A DNA stretch of 64,000 nucleotides from Nitrosopumilus sp. (GCA_965219345.1 OZ244732.1:384001-448000); one strand, 5' to 3'; counted from the first letter of the stretch, positions 10,905 to 20,878 are shown. The notes: a model not told the origin generated them from the sequence alone. Numbers and translations: made by a program.

Positions 10905-11096
10905 TTACCAGAGCTTATCTGGTCTGTCTGGCAGTTGCTGAGTAACACAATTAATTATCTCAAACCAGAAAATATGGCCATCATCGTCCTTTATTGCCTT
11001 GACCACACTGTTATTATTAAAAAATGTCAGACGCACTAGTGATTTCAGTTCGTCTTGTATTTGATTTCTGATTAGCGATTCAGTAAACTTTATCAT
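10905..11096 (-). CDS. Small hypothetical protein
   Basis: 63 aa ATG ORF with protein-like composition; no motif. Confidence 0.35.
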   Translation of the reverse strand: MIKFTESLIRNQIQDELKSLVRLTFFNNNSVVKAIKDDDGHIFWFEIINCVTQQLPDRPDKLW

Positions 11097-11254
11097 TTTA
11101 TCTACATGATGTATAGTGTATTCATGAATTTATGTTATTTGTGTTTTTAGACAACACATAGCCATGTGTATTTTTGTAAAGAAAATTATTTAATCAAACA
11201 ATTACCAAAAATAAACAAAGTCTTTTTTACTATTCGTCATAATTTAATTACTAA

Positions 11255-12055
11255 TTGGCAAAAAGATACACTCCAAAAATATCCTATGTACTGCGAAATA
11301 TTCCTATAAAATACATCAAAGTCTGGAATAAAGCGCAAGCAAGAAAACTAGACAGAGATGGAATAACAGAACTGGCAAAATCAATCAAACATGACGGATT
11401 ACTAAATCCACCTCTAGTACAAAAGATTGTAAAAAACCAATATTATCTAATGTCAGGCCAGCGAAGACTGGCTGCAATGAAGAGACTACACGCAAAGACC
11501 ATTCCCGTTCATTGTATCACAAAGAAATCTCAAATGTCACTAGAGGAGGCCAAGGCCTCATCAGTTGTAGAGAATATCCACAGAAATGACATGAATCATA
11601 CAGATGTGGTAATTGCAGCTACAATACTAACTGAGAAGATGGGAAAAGTAGATGCTGCACGACATTTAGGCATTACACTTGCAACATTATACAAGTATCT
11701 TGGGTACATGGCAGTACCTGACTCTCTAAAGGAATTGGTTCCACAAATAATATCAAGAGATGATATTACAAAACTATACCTTGCCATGCCAAATATTTGT
11801 CGTGCCAAAAGTATATCCATAAAGATTCAACATTTGGATTCTCAGCTAAAAAAGCACTACATCTCTTTACTGGTACGATACCCCAAAATGTCTCACCCTA
11901 AACTGCTCAAGCTTGCCAAATCATCTATGATTCGTCAAAATGTATCTGTAAAACTATCAAAAGGTATGGCCAAAAAGTTAAAGCGATATGCAAAAATAAA
12001 TGATGTATCCATTAATGATATGGCAAAACAGATTTTGGAAAAATATTTGAAATAA
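11255..12055 (+). CDS. ParB/RepB/Spo0J-family protein
   Basis: LAKSIKHDGLLNPPLV, MSGQRRLAA, VENIHR, then an HTH (KVDAARHLGITLATLYKYL) and a possible C-terminal RHH. Confidence 0.85.
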   Translation: MAKRYTPKISYVLRNIPIKYIKVWNKAQARKLDRDGITELAKSIKHDGLLNPPLVQKIVKNQYYLMSGQRRLAAMKRLHAKTIPVHCITKKSQMSLEEAKASSVVENIHRNDMNHTDVVIAATILTEKMGKVDAARHLGITLATLYKYLGYMAVPDSLKELVPQIISRDDITKLYLAMPNICRAKSISIKIQHLDSQLKKHYISLLVRYPKMSHPKLLKLAKSSMIRQNVSVKLSKGMAKKLKRYAKINDVSINDMAKQILEKYLK

Positions 12056-12519
12056 GAATTGTATATTATTTTAAAGTGGAATTTTGTGATATGATTACAA
12101 AAAAACTAAAAGAGTAGAAGCAATTTATGAAAGAGAAAAATTTTACACTGTTTAATCTTTGAGTGTTTCTGATGATTTTCAAAGTATATTCATTTAAGGT
12201 GATCCCAGATAAAATGCCATTAACCATTATACTTGAGACAATGTTTACCAAGTTTCAAAATATGGTAGTTCTCTTAAGGAGAACTATCTGAATGGCTCAA
12301 TGCTCTAAGACCTCTTGGTGCTTATTATTGCCTCTCAAAAACCAATCACAACTATGGAATTATTGCAGAAGTTGGAGACTGGCATACGATTGATAAACTC
12401 AAAAAAAAGTTATGTGTAAATTCCTCCTAAGAAAATTTTAGAAATCATAGAATAAATTTTCATGGTATACATGCCAAGAGACACCAAGAAAAAATTTACC
12501 AGATATGAATAATATTTTT

Positions 12520-13047
12520 TTAATAACTCAAAAATCTATTTACGTATCGTTTTAACGTTCTATACCAATGAAGCTTTTCATGATATTTTGTGTCTGCAAA
12601 ACTCTGACCACTAGTGGAGGGAAGTAAATACACATTGGATTTGTTTATTTCTAAATTTTGTTTACCATATTGAAGTTCTATAGTATTATCGCCTACATAA
12701 TATCTAAAACCTGCTTTCCCAACAAAAGCAACCACTTTTGGTGAGTTTTCTCCAACAATACCATCAAGTCTTTTTCTTGAACCTCTTCCATCATCTTTTC
12801 TTAATTCTGATGTAGATCTTGTGGGACGTTTTACTACGTCAGTTAATCCGTAACCGTAATTTGTAATTTTGAAATCAAATTCGGTTCTCAATCTTTCGTT
12901 AGTTAATTTTGATTCATACAAAAGTCTCCAAAACATATTACTTGTTCCTGCAAAATAGTGACCTATTCTTGCAGATTTAATACCTGGATTTGTTCCAACA
13001 AATAGGACATCCATGTTTGGAAAAATATGATCTGGTAACGTTCTCAC
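12520..13047 (-). CDS. mug: Mismatch-specific uracil/thymine DNA glycosylase (Mug/TDG, UDG family 2)
   Basis: LFVGTNPG…GHYFAG…NMFWRLL…GLTDVVKRPT…LPSTSG. Confidence 0.88.
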   Translation of the reverse strand: MRTLPDHIFPNMDVLFVGTNPGIKSARIGHYFAGTSNMFWRLLYESKLTNERLRTEFDFKITNYGYGLTDVVKRPTRSTSELRKDDGRGSRKRLDGIVGENSPKVVAFVGKAGFRYYVGDNTIELQYGKQNLEINKSNVYLLPSTSGQSFADTKYHEKLHWYRTLKRYVNRFLSY

Positions 13048-13159
13048 AATAATTTATTTGATTCTTCTACAAAATATACGTACTGCAAGTTTAATTTTGT
13101 ATCTAATCTTGTTGGGAGTTATTAACAAAATTTTGTAAATTTTTATTTCATGAATTCTT

Positions 13160-13597
13160 ATGAAAAATGTGAAAGTTTACTTATCAACTCCCTTGATATA
13201 CAATAGAGATATTGAATATGCTAAAAAACTTGTTGGGATGTTAAAAGAAATAGATCTAGATATTGTTTCCAAATGGGTCATATGGCAAGATCCTAACCCT
13301 AATTTAGATTCTAAAGAAATCTATCGAAGAGATATTGGTGCCATCTCAACATGTGACATTATAATCGCAGATGTATCTAATCTTAGTATTGGTGTAGGTA
13401 TTGAGATTATGTATGCGCATACTTTAGGGAAAATAATATTTTGTATCCATTCTGGAAGAAAACTATCCAAAATGGTATTGGGAATGCCAGGAATTTCCAT
13501 CATTAATTACGCATCATTTGATGATCTAAAAGTAAAAATTTTGTCAAAAATCGATCAGATAATGAATCTTAGTCCAACCGAATCTTTAATTAAGTGA
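13160..13597 (+). CDS. Nucleoside 2-deoxyribosyltransferase-like protein (NDT/DNPH1-Rcl family)
   Basis: KVYLSTP…IYRRDIGAISTCDIIIADV…SIGVGIEIMYA…GK matches the NDT fold with its catalytic Glu. Confidence 0.75.
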   Translation: MKNVKVYLSTPLIYNRDIEYAKKLVGMLKEIDLDIVSKWVIWQDPNPNLDSKEIYRRDIGAISTCDIIIADVSNLSIGVGIEIMYAHTLGKIIFCIHSGRKLSKMVLGMPGISIINYASFDDLKVKILSKIDQIMNLSPTESLIK

Positions 13598-14097
13598 ATT
13601 TGGTTATGGCAGAAATAATGGCTGAAAATATGGAAAAACTAGCAGTACTTTTCTCTGGAATTGATAAACAAATCTCAATGACTGAATTTGATGACAAGCT
13701 TAAAGTTCAAAAAATTGCTTACTTAGCACAAGAATCTGGTATTGATTTGGGTTATGAATTTGATTGGTATCTTAGAGGTCCATATTGTAAACAAGTTTCG
13801 CAAGATGCCCATAACGTTATTGATCAGCAAGTTGAATCTACATCCGAACAAACAGGATTAAACAAAGAAAAAATTGCTAATTTTGCAAAAAAAATAGAAC
13901 CATATAAACACGATACTGAGTGGTTAGAAATTGCTGCATCATTATATTATCTACGAAAAGAACATTATCATGATAGAGAATTTGGTGAAATTGTAGGATA
14001 TCTATTTCAAGACCTTTCTTATGGATATAAAAATTTTAGTGAATCTTTAGTTCGCAAAGTACTAATTGACTTGGTAAAACTAAATCTAATCCAGTAG
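13594..14097 (+). CDS. SocA/Panacea (DUF4065)- or YwgA-like winged-helix protein
   Basis: LKVQKIAYLAQ…GYEFDWYLRGPY…WLEIAASLYYL (QK-x-x-Y … GPY signature). Confidence 0.6.
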   Translation: MNLVMAEIMAENMEKLAVLFSGIDKQISMTEFDDKLKVQKIAYLAQESGIDLGYEFDWYLRGPYCKQVSQDAHNVIDQQVESTSEQTGLNKEKIANFAKKIEPYKHDTEWLEIAASLYYLRKEHYHDREFGEIVGYLFQDLSYGYKNFSESLVRKVLIDLVKLNLIQ

Positions 14098-14251
14098 TCA
14101 TAATTTCATGATTATTTAGATAATTTGGTGATGATATTTGTGGGACAGACAATGGAGAGATGTGTTATCGGGCATAATCATCCATGGTGAAAAGGTAGCA
14201 AGAAAAGATGTTAAACGTAATATCAAAGAATTAGTCTCCTACAAATTTGAA

Positions 14252-14578
14252 TTACAAAATCCTCGCGATAGACACAAAAACATTCGTAGCATTCATGTTT
14301 ACTAAAATTTCGCGTAGTTGGTTTTCAGTACCATTGATCGTATTAATTAAAACATGTTGTGTTGGAATGAGTTGTTGTTTTGCCGATTGTCCGGCTTTAT
14401 CCGTTATCGTGTTGTATTCTGCTTGCATCTGCTGGATTTTTTCATAAAAACCGGTGTCAAACTTGTACAGATTATTTTCTATTGTTGCATGAGATTCATG
14501 TGTTGAGAAGAGAATTAGCGGAATTACAAAAAGGGTACAGATAATTAAAAAACTACATTCAGTATTTGTTATTTTCAA
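14252..14578 (-). pseudogene. N-terminal fragment of a secreted protein (possibly a protease propeptide)
   Basis: Signal-peptide-like start; ORF ends abruptly after 108 aa. Confidence 0.35.
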
Positions 14579-14780
14579 TTAAATATTTTTTTAAATAGTG
14601 TTTTATTAAATGATCATGACAGAATAATTCTGTTTCCTAATTATCGCTAGTCATACCTAAGTGGTTCTAAAGACGGATTAGATCGGGCAGGACAGAAAGA
14701 TGAACACAAACATTTTCAACAAAAAAACCATCATAGGCCTGAGTGTTTACACTAAACGCATGTTAGATCACTGGAATTAT

Positions 14781-15863
14781 TCAAGAGGCTAGAAAACCGC
14801 GCTTTTTCAACTCTTGGATGTGGGATTCTTTAACGCAGACAGGAATCAAGTCATTTTTTAGCATCAAAACCCTATCGCTTCTGCACTGCACCATGTCTGA
14901 AGACACACCATTTATCGTTTGCTGCAGTGGAGAAAGAATCTGCTGCACATGATCTGCAAAGTCGCATGTCACAGGAGGATGTGATTCTGGCTCGGCATAG
15001 CCAGTAGTTCCCGTTATTATCCCCATATATTTTGCATTGGGGGGAATATCTGCTTTAAAAACTTGGCAATGTTTGCTTTGACTTTCAACCATGAGAGTGT
15101 CTCGTTTGACATGTGGTGAAAAAACACTTATAAAAAAATAGTCATCACCATACCAGTCATTGATTTTTGGAAGATAGAAATATGGAACGTCTATGCTTAT
15201 CGTCGAGTTTGTATTTACATGATCAAAATGGACATAAAGAACGCTGTACCCATAACAGATTTTTTTCACGCTTGCGTTGACTGCCTCATGGTCTAATTTA
15301 ATGCCCTGCATACAATCAAACGGAGGATCATATGGTAGAGGATTAAGATTAGAACTGCCGGGTTTAATTTTTTTCCCAGTGCAGGCCAGTGGTTCTGAAC
15401 GGTCAATAGTCTCAAATATGTGAAAATATCCAAAATATGAAATTTTAGGGACAGGCTTGTTCCAACTGAATTTTATTGTCCTTGAATCTGCCGTCTGAGA
15501 GATCTGCACAGATGTTATATTTTGAGAATAGGGCGACTCGTCGGTAAAGCTATGAGTGTTACATGAAGGGTAATCAAATTGTCTGAGATCTAGCTTGTTC
15601 TTTGGAATTGTAATGGTAAGGCTTCCGGGTTCATCGACCTGAAGATCAATATCATACCACATGTGATATGCGTCTCCGCAAAGTCTTTCAAACTTGCCGG
15701 TTGTGATCGAGTGATCTATGGGCTCAATTTCTACATAGTTTACCAAGTCCAAATACCCATCGCATTCGGATTCTGAGGATGCAATTGGCACCATGCTAAA
15801 CAAAATGATTGCCAGCAATGCGAGAATCTCTTTCAAACACTCTCCGTTTTTTGATCCATGCAT
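14781..15863 (-). CDS. Cys-rich secreted protein with C-terminal thaumarchaeal SPxxQ…C…CV module (real start probably TTG near 15836)
   Basis: Hydrophobic signal ILALLAIILFSMVPIA; ends LSPLQQTINGVSSDMVQCRSDRVLMLKNDLIPVCVKESHIQELKKRGF. Confidence 0.7.
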   Translation of the reverse strand: MHGSKNGECLKEILALLAIILFSMVPIASSESECDGYLDLVNYVEIEPIDHSITTGKFERLCGDAYHMWYDIDLQVDEPGSLTITIPKNKLDLRQFDYPSCNTHSFTDESPYSQNITSVQISQTADSRTIKFSWNKPVPKISYFGYFHIFETIDRSEPLACTGKKIKPGSSNLNPLPYDPPFDCMQGIKLDHEAVNASVKKICYGYSVLYVHFDHVNTNSTISIDVPYFYLPKINDWYGDDYFFISVFSPHVKRDTLMVESQSKHCQVFKADIPPNAKYMGIITGTTGYAEPESHPPVTCDFADHVQQILSPLQQTINGVSSDMVQCRSDRVLMLKNDLIPVCVKESHIQELKKRGFLAS

Positions 15864-16015
15864 TGTATTTCAATGTGCGTGAGATCATAATAGTAGTCTG
15901 GCACTCCTTGCTTGTATTGCGCCATGGGCGTTAAGACGGTATCTGCAAATGCGGGAACGGTGATCAATAATCCAACTGACATGACTGTCAGTCCCAGCAA
16001 TACGGTATTTATCAT
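15833..16015 (-). pseudogene. Truncated secreted protein with a partial SPxxQ module
   Basis: Signal peptide …PAFAD then LTPMAQYKQGVP…IEIQC and an early stop. Confidence 0.45.
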
Positions 16016-16062
16016 TGGATTTTTTCAGGTGCTTGTGATAATTAAGCGCATGAGGCGTATAC

Positions 16063-16142
16063 TAGTTTGTTGCATAACTTGGATTCTAGGCACGAAATTT
16101 ACCCAACTTTTGACTGGATTAGGCATGTTATGCAACAAACTA
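16063..16142. mobile_element. 80-bp MITE, copy 1
   Basis: 16-bp terminal inverted repeats TAGTTTGTTGCATAAC…GTTATGCAACAAACTA; near-identical to 48046..48125; flanks GCGTATAC/GCACATAC (6/8). Confidence 0.85.
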
Positions 16143-16630
16143 GCACATACCTCACACTATCTTTGAGACCTTATCCATCATGGATTTCCTGCATTCTCCA
16201 TGTAAGCATGCACGTCATAAATCCAAACCATCTCTCCATCCATATCTTTCCTCCCTTGATCCGCTGCTTATCTTTCGTGATACCACGACATGCCGCGGGT
16301 CCCTCAGAGGTGTTGCTTGTAGGCTCGCAGGTTCATGGAGTTTTACGACAAGCGCAAAACAGCGTGTTCCAAAACGGCATGCCTAACCTCGCACTTGCAG
16401 TATAGAAGGCGATCCACTTTGAGGATCGTCTGGTCATTTAATGTACTCAAAGTGAGAACAATCCACGTAAACACGTGTGATTTGCAATTACTGCAAATGC
16501 GGATTTGTAGCCGGTCTGTCCTATCACCAGAATAATATTGATGTATCATAATAGCCTGCAATCACAGCATCAGCTTCTATTACAACAAAACTAACGAGAG
16601 CAACAATAACAAACAATGAAAGAATTATTT

Positions 16631-17758
16631 TCATCGATTAGAATACCTTTCAAATAATTCTGTAACAATGTTTTCATGTTCTTGCATGGTTAATGCATTT
16701 CCACCAGAAGCAATAAGAATATTTGGAGAATGATATGACACGCCATGTTTTGCAGGATCATTTCTTGCAGCATTTACATATTTCACATGCCCATTCCATT
16801 TATTTTCATAAATAATATCTGTTGTAGTACCGTCTCTTGTTATTACATTAATTTCACTTGATGTTTTCATGTAAATTGTTGATTCATTATCTGCAATTAT
16901 AACAGTGATTACATACATGTTGATATCAGTAAACTCTTTGTCGGTAATTTCTTCTGAAAATTCAAGAACTTTTGGAATGTATGTAAGTTTTATCTCTCCT
17001 TTGCCTTCAGAACCAGAATGATATTGATCCTCTGGTTGTGTAATGTCTACCCATTTCAAATAGTATCCTGGTGCAATCCATGTTGGAAGCCATTCTCTAT
17101 AATCAATGGTTGCACCATTATCATCATCACCCGACTCTGAAAAGCTATATGTTGACAGAGGTTGTGGAATGATATGATCAAGAGTCTGTCTGCCCACAAG
17201 ATCATCTTCATTCATTGAATAGTGATTTGGTGCAAAGAAAACACTCATTGGTGCAGGAGCAGGTTGTCTGAGATGAAGGTTCTGATCAAACCCATACAAT
17301 TCCCCCTCAAATGATTCATCACTGACTAGTCCAAACTGTAAAGAATTTAGATAATTATCACGTTCTTGCTGTGAATTTGTTTTAATTGCATTTTGAATGT
17401 TTGGTTCAGAGATGGTACTATTATGATTCTTCAAGATATGTAATTCCACATCATCATCTACAACAATCATTGATTTATCATCATTTGTTGTGATTTGCTG
17501 TGAGGATGCTGATTCTTTTTGTGCAAATTCTGTTGCAATTATGCTCCAACCTGTTTTCTGTGCGGTTGTTTCTTTTACACATGCAGGAGAATCATTGGTG
17601 CGAAGCACAAGTACCCTATTCTCTCTACAAATAACATCTTCATGCAAAACTCCTGATTCTAGCTGTTTTTTTGGGGAGATATATTCAGAGTACGATGGAA
17701 TAATTAATGGAGCAATACCAATTAATAATAACACAAGTATGAATACAATCTTTCTCAT
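16631..17758 (-). CDS. Secreted protein with N-terminal thaumarchaeal SPxxQ…C…ACV module
   Basis: Signal peptide then YISPKKQLESGVLHEDVICRENRVLVLRTNDSPACVKETTAQKTGW. Confidence 0.75.
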   Translation of the reverse strand: MRKIVFILVLLLIGIAPLIIPSYSEYISPKKQLESGVLHEDVICRENRVLVLRTNDSPACVKETTAQKTGWSIIATEFAQKESASSQQITTNDDKSMIVVDDDVELHILKNHNSTISEPNIQNAIKTNSQQERDNYLNSLQFGLVSDESFEGELYGFDQNLHLRQPAPAPMSVFFAPNHYSMNEDDLVGRQTLDHIIPQPLSTYSFSESGDDDNGATIDYREWLPTWIAPGYYLKWVDITQPEDQYHSGSEGKGEIKLTYIPKVLEFSEEITDKEFTDINMYVITVIIADNESTIYMKTSSEINVITRDGTTTDIIYENKWNGHVKYVNAARNDPAKHGVSYHSPNILIASGGNALTMQEHENIVTELFERYSNR

Positions 17759-17849
17759 ATGCGATCAGAGATTTTCATATACTAAAAATATGGCGATCAA
17801 TGGTTCTGTGTAATCTTCGGGACTTGAGAAATATGGATCTTCTAAGGAT

Positions 17850-18476
17850 TCATTCAGTAGCCTTGTTTAGTGAGGCATTTTGTATGATCATCTTCCATTT
17901 GTTCTTACCGTCCACTTCAATTAGTGAGGCTTGAGCTGGTGTCTTGCCTTTCAAAGCTCCATGTTTTTTTGTGAAATTGTAATACACTTTCATGCCTTCA
18001 ATTACTGGCGTGTCTATTCTTTTGAGACCCCTAAAGGCTTTCTCTCGGTCTCTGATCTCTCCGTTTAAACGCTCCATCTTGTTGTTGTTCACATCTTTTT
18101 GGATGTGAATATGTCTGATGTGATTTGTCTTTTTTCCAAATATTTTCTTTGATGATTTCATGTATGCTGGTAGACCGTCAGTAACAAAATTTCTAGGTGA
18201 TTTTCCAGCCTGTCTTTTTGTGAATTCTAAGAGGCTGTCTGCATTGTGATGAAACTTGTTATCTGCAACATCAGAAGCTAGCCAAAATCTAGAATCATCA
18301 TCCATACCAGCAAACAGATAACATTGTTTGCCATTTACTTTAATCCATACCTCATCTGCCCTGAACATTAGACCTTTAGTTCTTGGAACTATGCCATTGA
18401 GATAGATCGAGGTCATTTCAGAGCACTTTGATACCCAGTTGTATATGGTTTTAAAAGATACATCAATTCCCATCAT
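17850..18476 (-). pseudogene. IS6-family DDE transposase, N-terminally truncated
   Basis: TIYNWV…RADEVWIKVNGKQCYL…VTDGLPAY…NNKMERLNGEIRDR (IS240/IS6 DDE pattern). Confidence 0.88.
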
Positions 18477-18482
18477 CTCATA

Positions 18483-18725
18483 ATGGTTGACAGATTTACG
18501 GAAAGATACAATGCTCTCTTTTCTCCTCTACATCCAGTTATACAAGGCAACATAAACAATATGATTGCTCATTTTAGACAAATCAATTTAGAAGTACAAG
18601 AATTAGGCGGTGGTTTTCTAACAGACAATGTAATGCAAATAGCTGTAGACGATAACATTGTGTTTCAAGCTGTTTTAGGAACTAAAAATATTACATTTGA
18701 TCTTTATGATGTAAGACAAATCTAA
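18483..18725 (+). CDS. Hypothetical passenger ORF inside the IS6 ends
   Basis: 80 aa ORF ending 23 bp before the internal IS6 IR; 5' end overlaps the transposase remnant. Confidence 0.35.
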   Translation: MVDRFTERYNALFSPLHPVIQGNINNMIAHFRQINLEVQELGGGFLTDNVMQIAVDDNIVFQAVLGTKNITFDLYDVRQI

Positions 18726-18830
18726 AAATTGATCAAAAAAATCATTTTTCCATATTTCTCAAGTCCCGAAGATTACACAGAACCACCCTCCGATATAGTT
18801 ATTTACCCCCCCCCCCCCCGTATACAGTCA

Positions 18831-20216
18831 GTGACACTAAAGAAGAGGGACGGCATTGTTGCGGCGATCCTGATGGCTGCAGCGATAACAGTGGTAGCAG
18901 CAGTAGCAGCAGTAGCAGCAGTAGCAGCAGTAGCAGTGACTGCAGGCCATGCGTATGGCCAGTCAGTCAATGATGCTGACGTGGAGATTCTTCCAACACT
19001 GAGATACGATGTCGGATATGGTACGATTGCCCATGATCTGTCCCTGGTAACAGAACGAGTTAACTTTATTCCTATACTTCATAATGCTATTGGTTACAAT
19101 GTCACTGGAAATCCCTGGATTGCCGTATTTCCCGACCCCCTGACCACTGAAGAGGGCGGCAGCCTTGTGGCATCCGGAGATCCCATAAAACCGTACGATT
19201 ACAGTGATGGCAATAGTCCCGAACTTGCCATAACCTGTAATACGGATAATTTTGGCCACGACCCCACAATGCTTGCCGAATTTGACTACATCCCCGGTGC
19301 CACATATACGGGCATCGATACGTTTGACATTGTCATAAAAGAGTTCACCTATACCGGTAATGCCGGGAATGCGACCTGTACTACTACTGGGGCAACCAAG
19401 ACCATACCCGTGGAGATTACGGTAGGTGAAAAGCCATCCGTAACGTTCAGGGATGACTTTACAAAGTTCTCCAACAGTTCCGGCGTAGTCGTGCTTGACC
19501 GTGATGATGACCTGATTGGTTTGCAACCTCCCGGTGATGGCTTCTTCGTCTTCCCGGTTCCATTTCCCTCCTTTGATCCCCCTGTAAGTAATGCAATAGT
19601 TGGACTTGACCTTCCTGAGACGACAGATGACGGATCAGCCATAACCCTCGACGAGGATACTGGAGACCATATCATCAGAGGCGTGTTTACTAATGACACC
19701 TTTGCATACAATGCGACTGCCAGTCTGCCTTACGGTACCGTTGCTGCAAACGGCACTATCGTAGGGTCCCTAAACGAGATTGCATCAAAAACAATTGACG
19801 TCACGCTGGATGCCTCTGGCGCTACTGATGTTCCTATATGCTCAGTCAGGGTATCCGCTGATCTAGACTTTGGCAGTCTGGCATATGGCGATATTTCGGA
19901 TAAAAAGAGAATTGCAACCAAGAATACTGGCACTACTTATGCTACTATGTTAATATCTGGCACTGACTGGCTGGACAGTCATGGTACCCCAATCATGGAT
20001 GTGGGGCAGACAAGGTACACTGATGACCCGGACATTGCATACGCGAATATACTATCAATATCTGAAACAGACAGAGGGTTTACCGCTTTTATCGGTCCTG
20101 ACAGGGAAAATGTCAACTGGCTGCAAGTTCAAATTGGTGGCGACATCAGTCCAGACTTTACAGGTCAGATTACACAGACTGTGACTATATCTGTGTTCTG
20201 TTTTGAGACTGCATAA
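18831..20216 (+). CDS. Acidic beta-rich secreted/surface protein (cargo of the IS6 unit)
   Basis: Probable GTG start at 18831 (VTLKKRDGIVAAILMAAAITVVAAVAAV…AYG signal); visibly higher GC than the flanks; Thr/Asp/Gly-rich. Confidence 0.7.
   Translation: MTLKKRDGIVAAILMAAAITVVAAVAAVAAVAAVAVTAGHAYGQSVNDADVEILPTLRYDVGYGTIAHDLSLVTERVNFIPILHNAIGYNVTGNPWIAVFPDPLTTEEGGSLVASGDPIKPYDYSDGNSPELAITCNTDNFGHDPTMLAEFDYIPGATYTGIDTFDIVIKEFTYTGNAGNATCTTTGATKTIPVEITVGEKPSVTFRDDFTKFSNSSGVVVLDRDDDLIGLQPPGDGFFVFPVPFPSFDPPVSNAIVGLDLPETTDDGSAITLDEDTGDHIIRGVFTNDTFAYNATASLPYGTVAANGTIVGSLNEIASKTIDVTLDASGATDVPICSVRVSADLDFGSLAYGDISDKKRIATKNTGTTYATMLISGTDWLDSHGTPIMDVGQTRYTDDPDIAYANILSISETDRGFTAFIGPDRENVNWLQVQIGGDISPDFTGQITQTVTISVFCFETA
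18894..18935 (+). repeat. 9-bp tandem repeat (GTAGCAGCA)x4.7 in the signal peptide
   Basis: Directly visible; encodes VAAVAAVAAVAAVA. Confidence 0.9.
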
Positions 20217-20275
20217 TGAAAGGAGTATCCCAATGTGTACAGATTACACAGACTGTGACTATATCTGTGTTCTGT
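20166..20275. repeat. 36-bp direct repeat around a 38-bp unique insert
   Basis: CAGATTACACAGACTGTGACTATATCTGTGTTCTGT at 20166..20201 and 20240..20275. Confidence 0.92.
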
Positions 20276-20878
20276 CCCTAGCCTTTCTTATTTATTTTGT
20301 AAAAATCCGTCATTGTGAATTAAAAGGGATGCCGGCTGCGTAGCCATTGTCTCTGGCATCATTATGCATCGGCCTTCGCTACTGCTGCTGTTGCTGCTGC
20401 TGCCACACGGTACAGTGGTGATTTTCCATTGGATGAAGGCCGCAGCGGGGATTCCCGGCATCAAAGACTATTGGCATGGATCTGCTGACTTGCAATGCTT
20501 GTGACTCTATCCCACTTGAAGAAGCTAGCTATGTTGCCTTCACCAAGTGGGAATGTATCTTCTAAACAGATGACGGCTTTGGACAAGGATGAATGGAGAA
20601 ACCAGTCCTGACTTGTCCCCCTCGACAACCTGACAGAACCAAATTCCGAAAGGTCTAGATCATAGTATGAGAACTTGCAAGAAGGTTGAATGTCAGACCG
20701 AGTCCCCGTTGCGCTTTTATGTCTCACTAAACAAGGCTACAGAATAACACCCGAAGGTTACACAGAACCCGATCAATTATCTATTAAATCTACATTGGTT
20801 CTGATGCAAAATAGCGATCTGATCACCAAAATATGCCAGAACCGATTATATTGTAGATAAAATGACAAAGAATCACTA

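Larger units (their letters stand above)
17802..20769. mobile_element. IS6-bounded composite unit with 8-bp target-site duplication
   Basis: IR GGTTCTGTGTAATCTTCGGG at 17802; perfect 36-bp inverse at 18749..18784; 19/20 inverse at 20750..20769; CGATCAAT at both 17794..17801 and 20770..20777. Confidence 0.8.

Noticed and set aside
12066-12500. Small ORFs between parB and mug
   Set aside because: No coherent frame or motif.
16150-16635. Several overlapping ORFs on both strands
   Set aside because: Best read as a decayed minus-strand secreted-protein gene (MKIILSLFVIVALVSF… then stop); no product can be supported.
18729-18830. First 34 codons of the 495 aa ORF
   Set aside because: They run through the IS6 inverted repeat and the C14 tract; the signal peptide begins at GTG 18831.
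20619-20630. CCCTCGACAACC matches tRNA-Lys 23201..23212 (possible att site)
   Set aside because: Only 12 bp, does not include the tRNA 3' end, and is plausible by chance in 64 kb.
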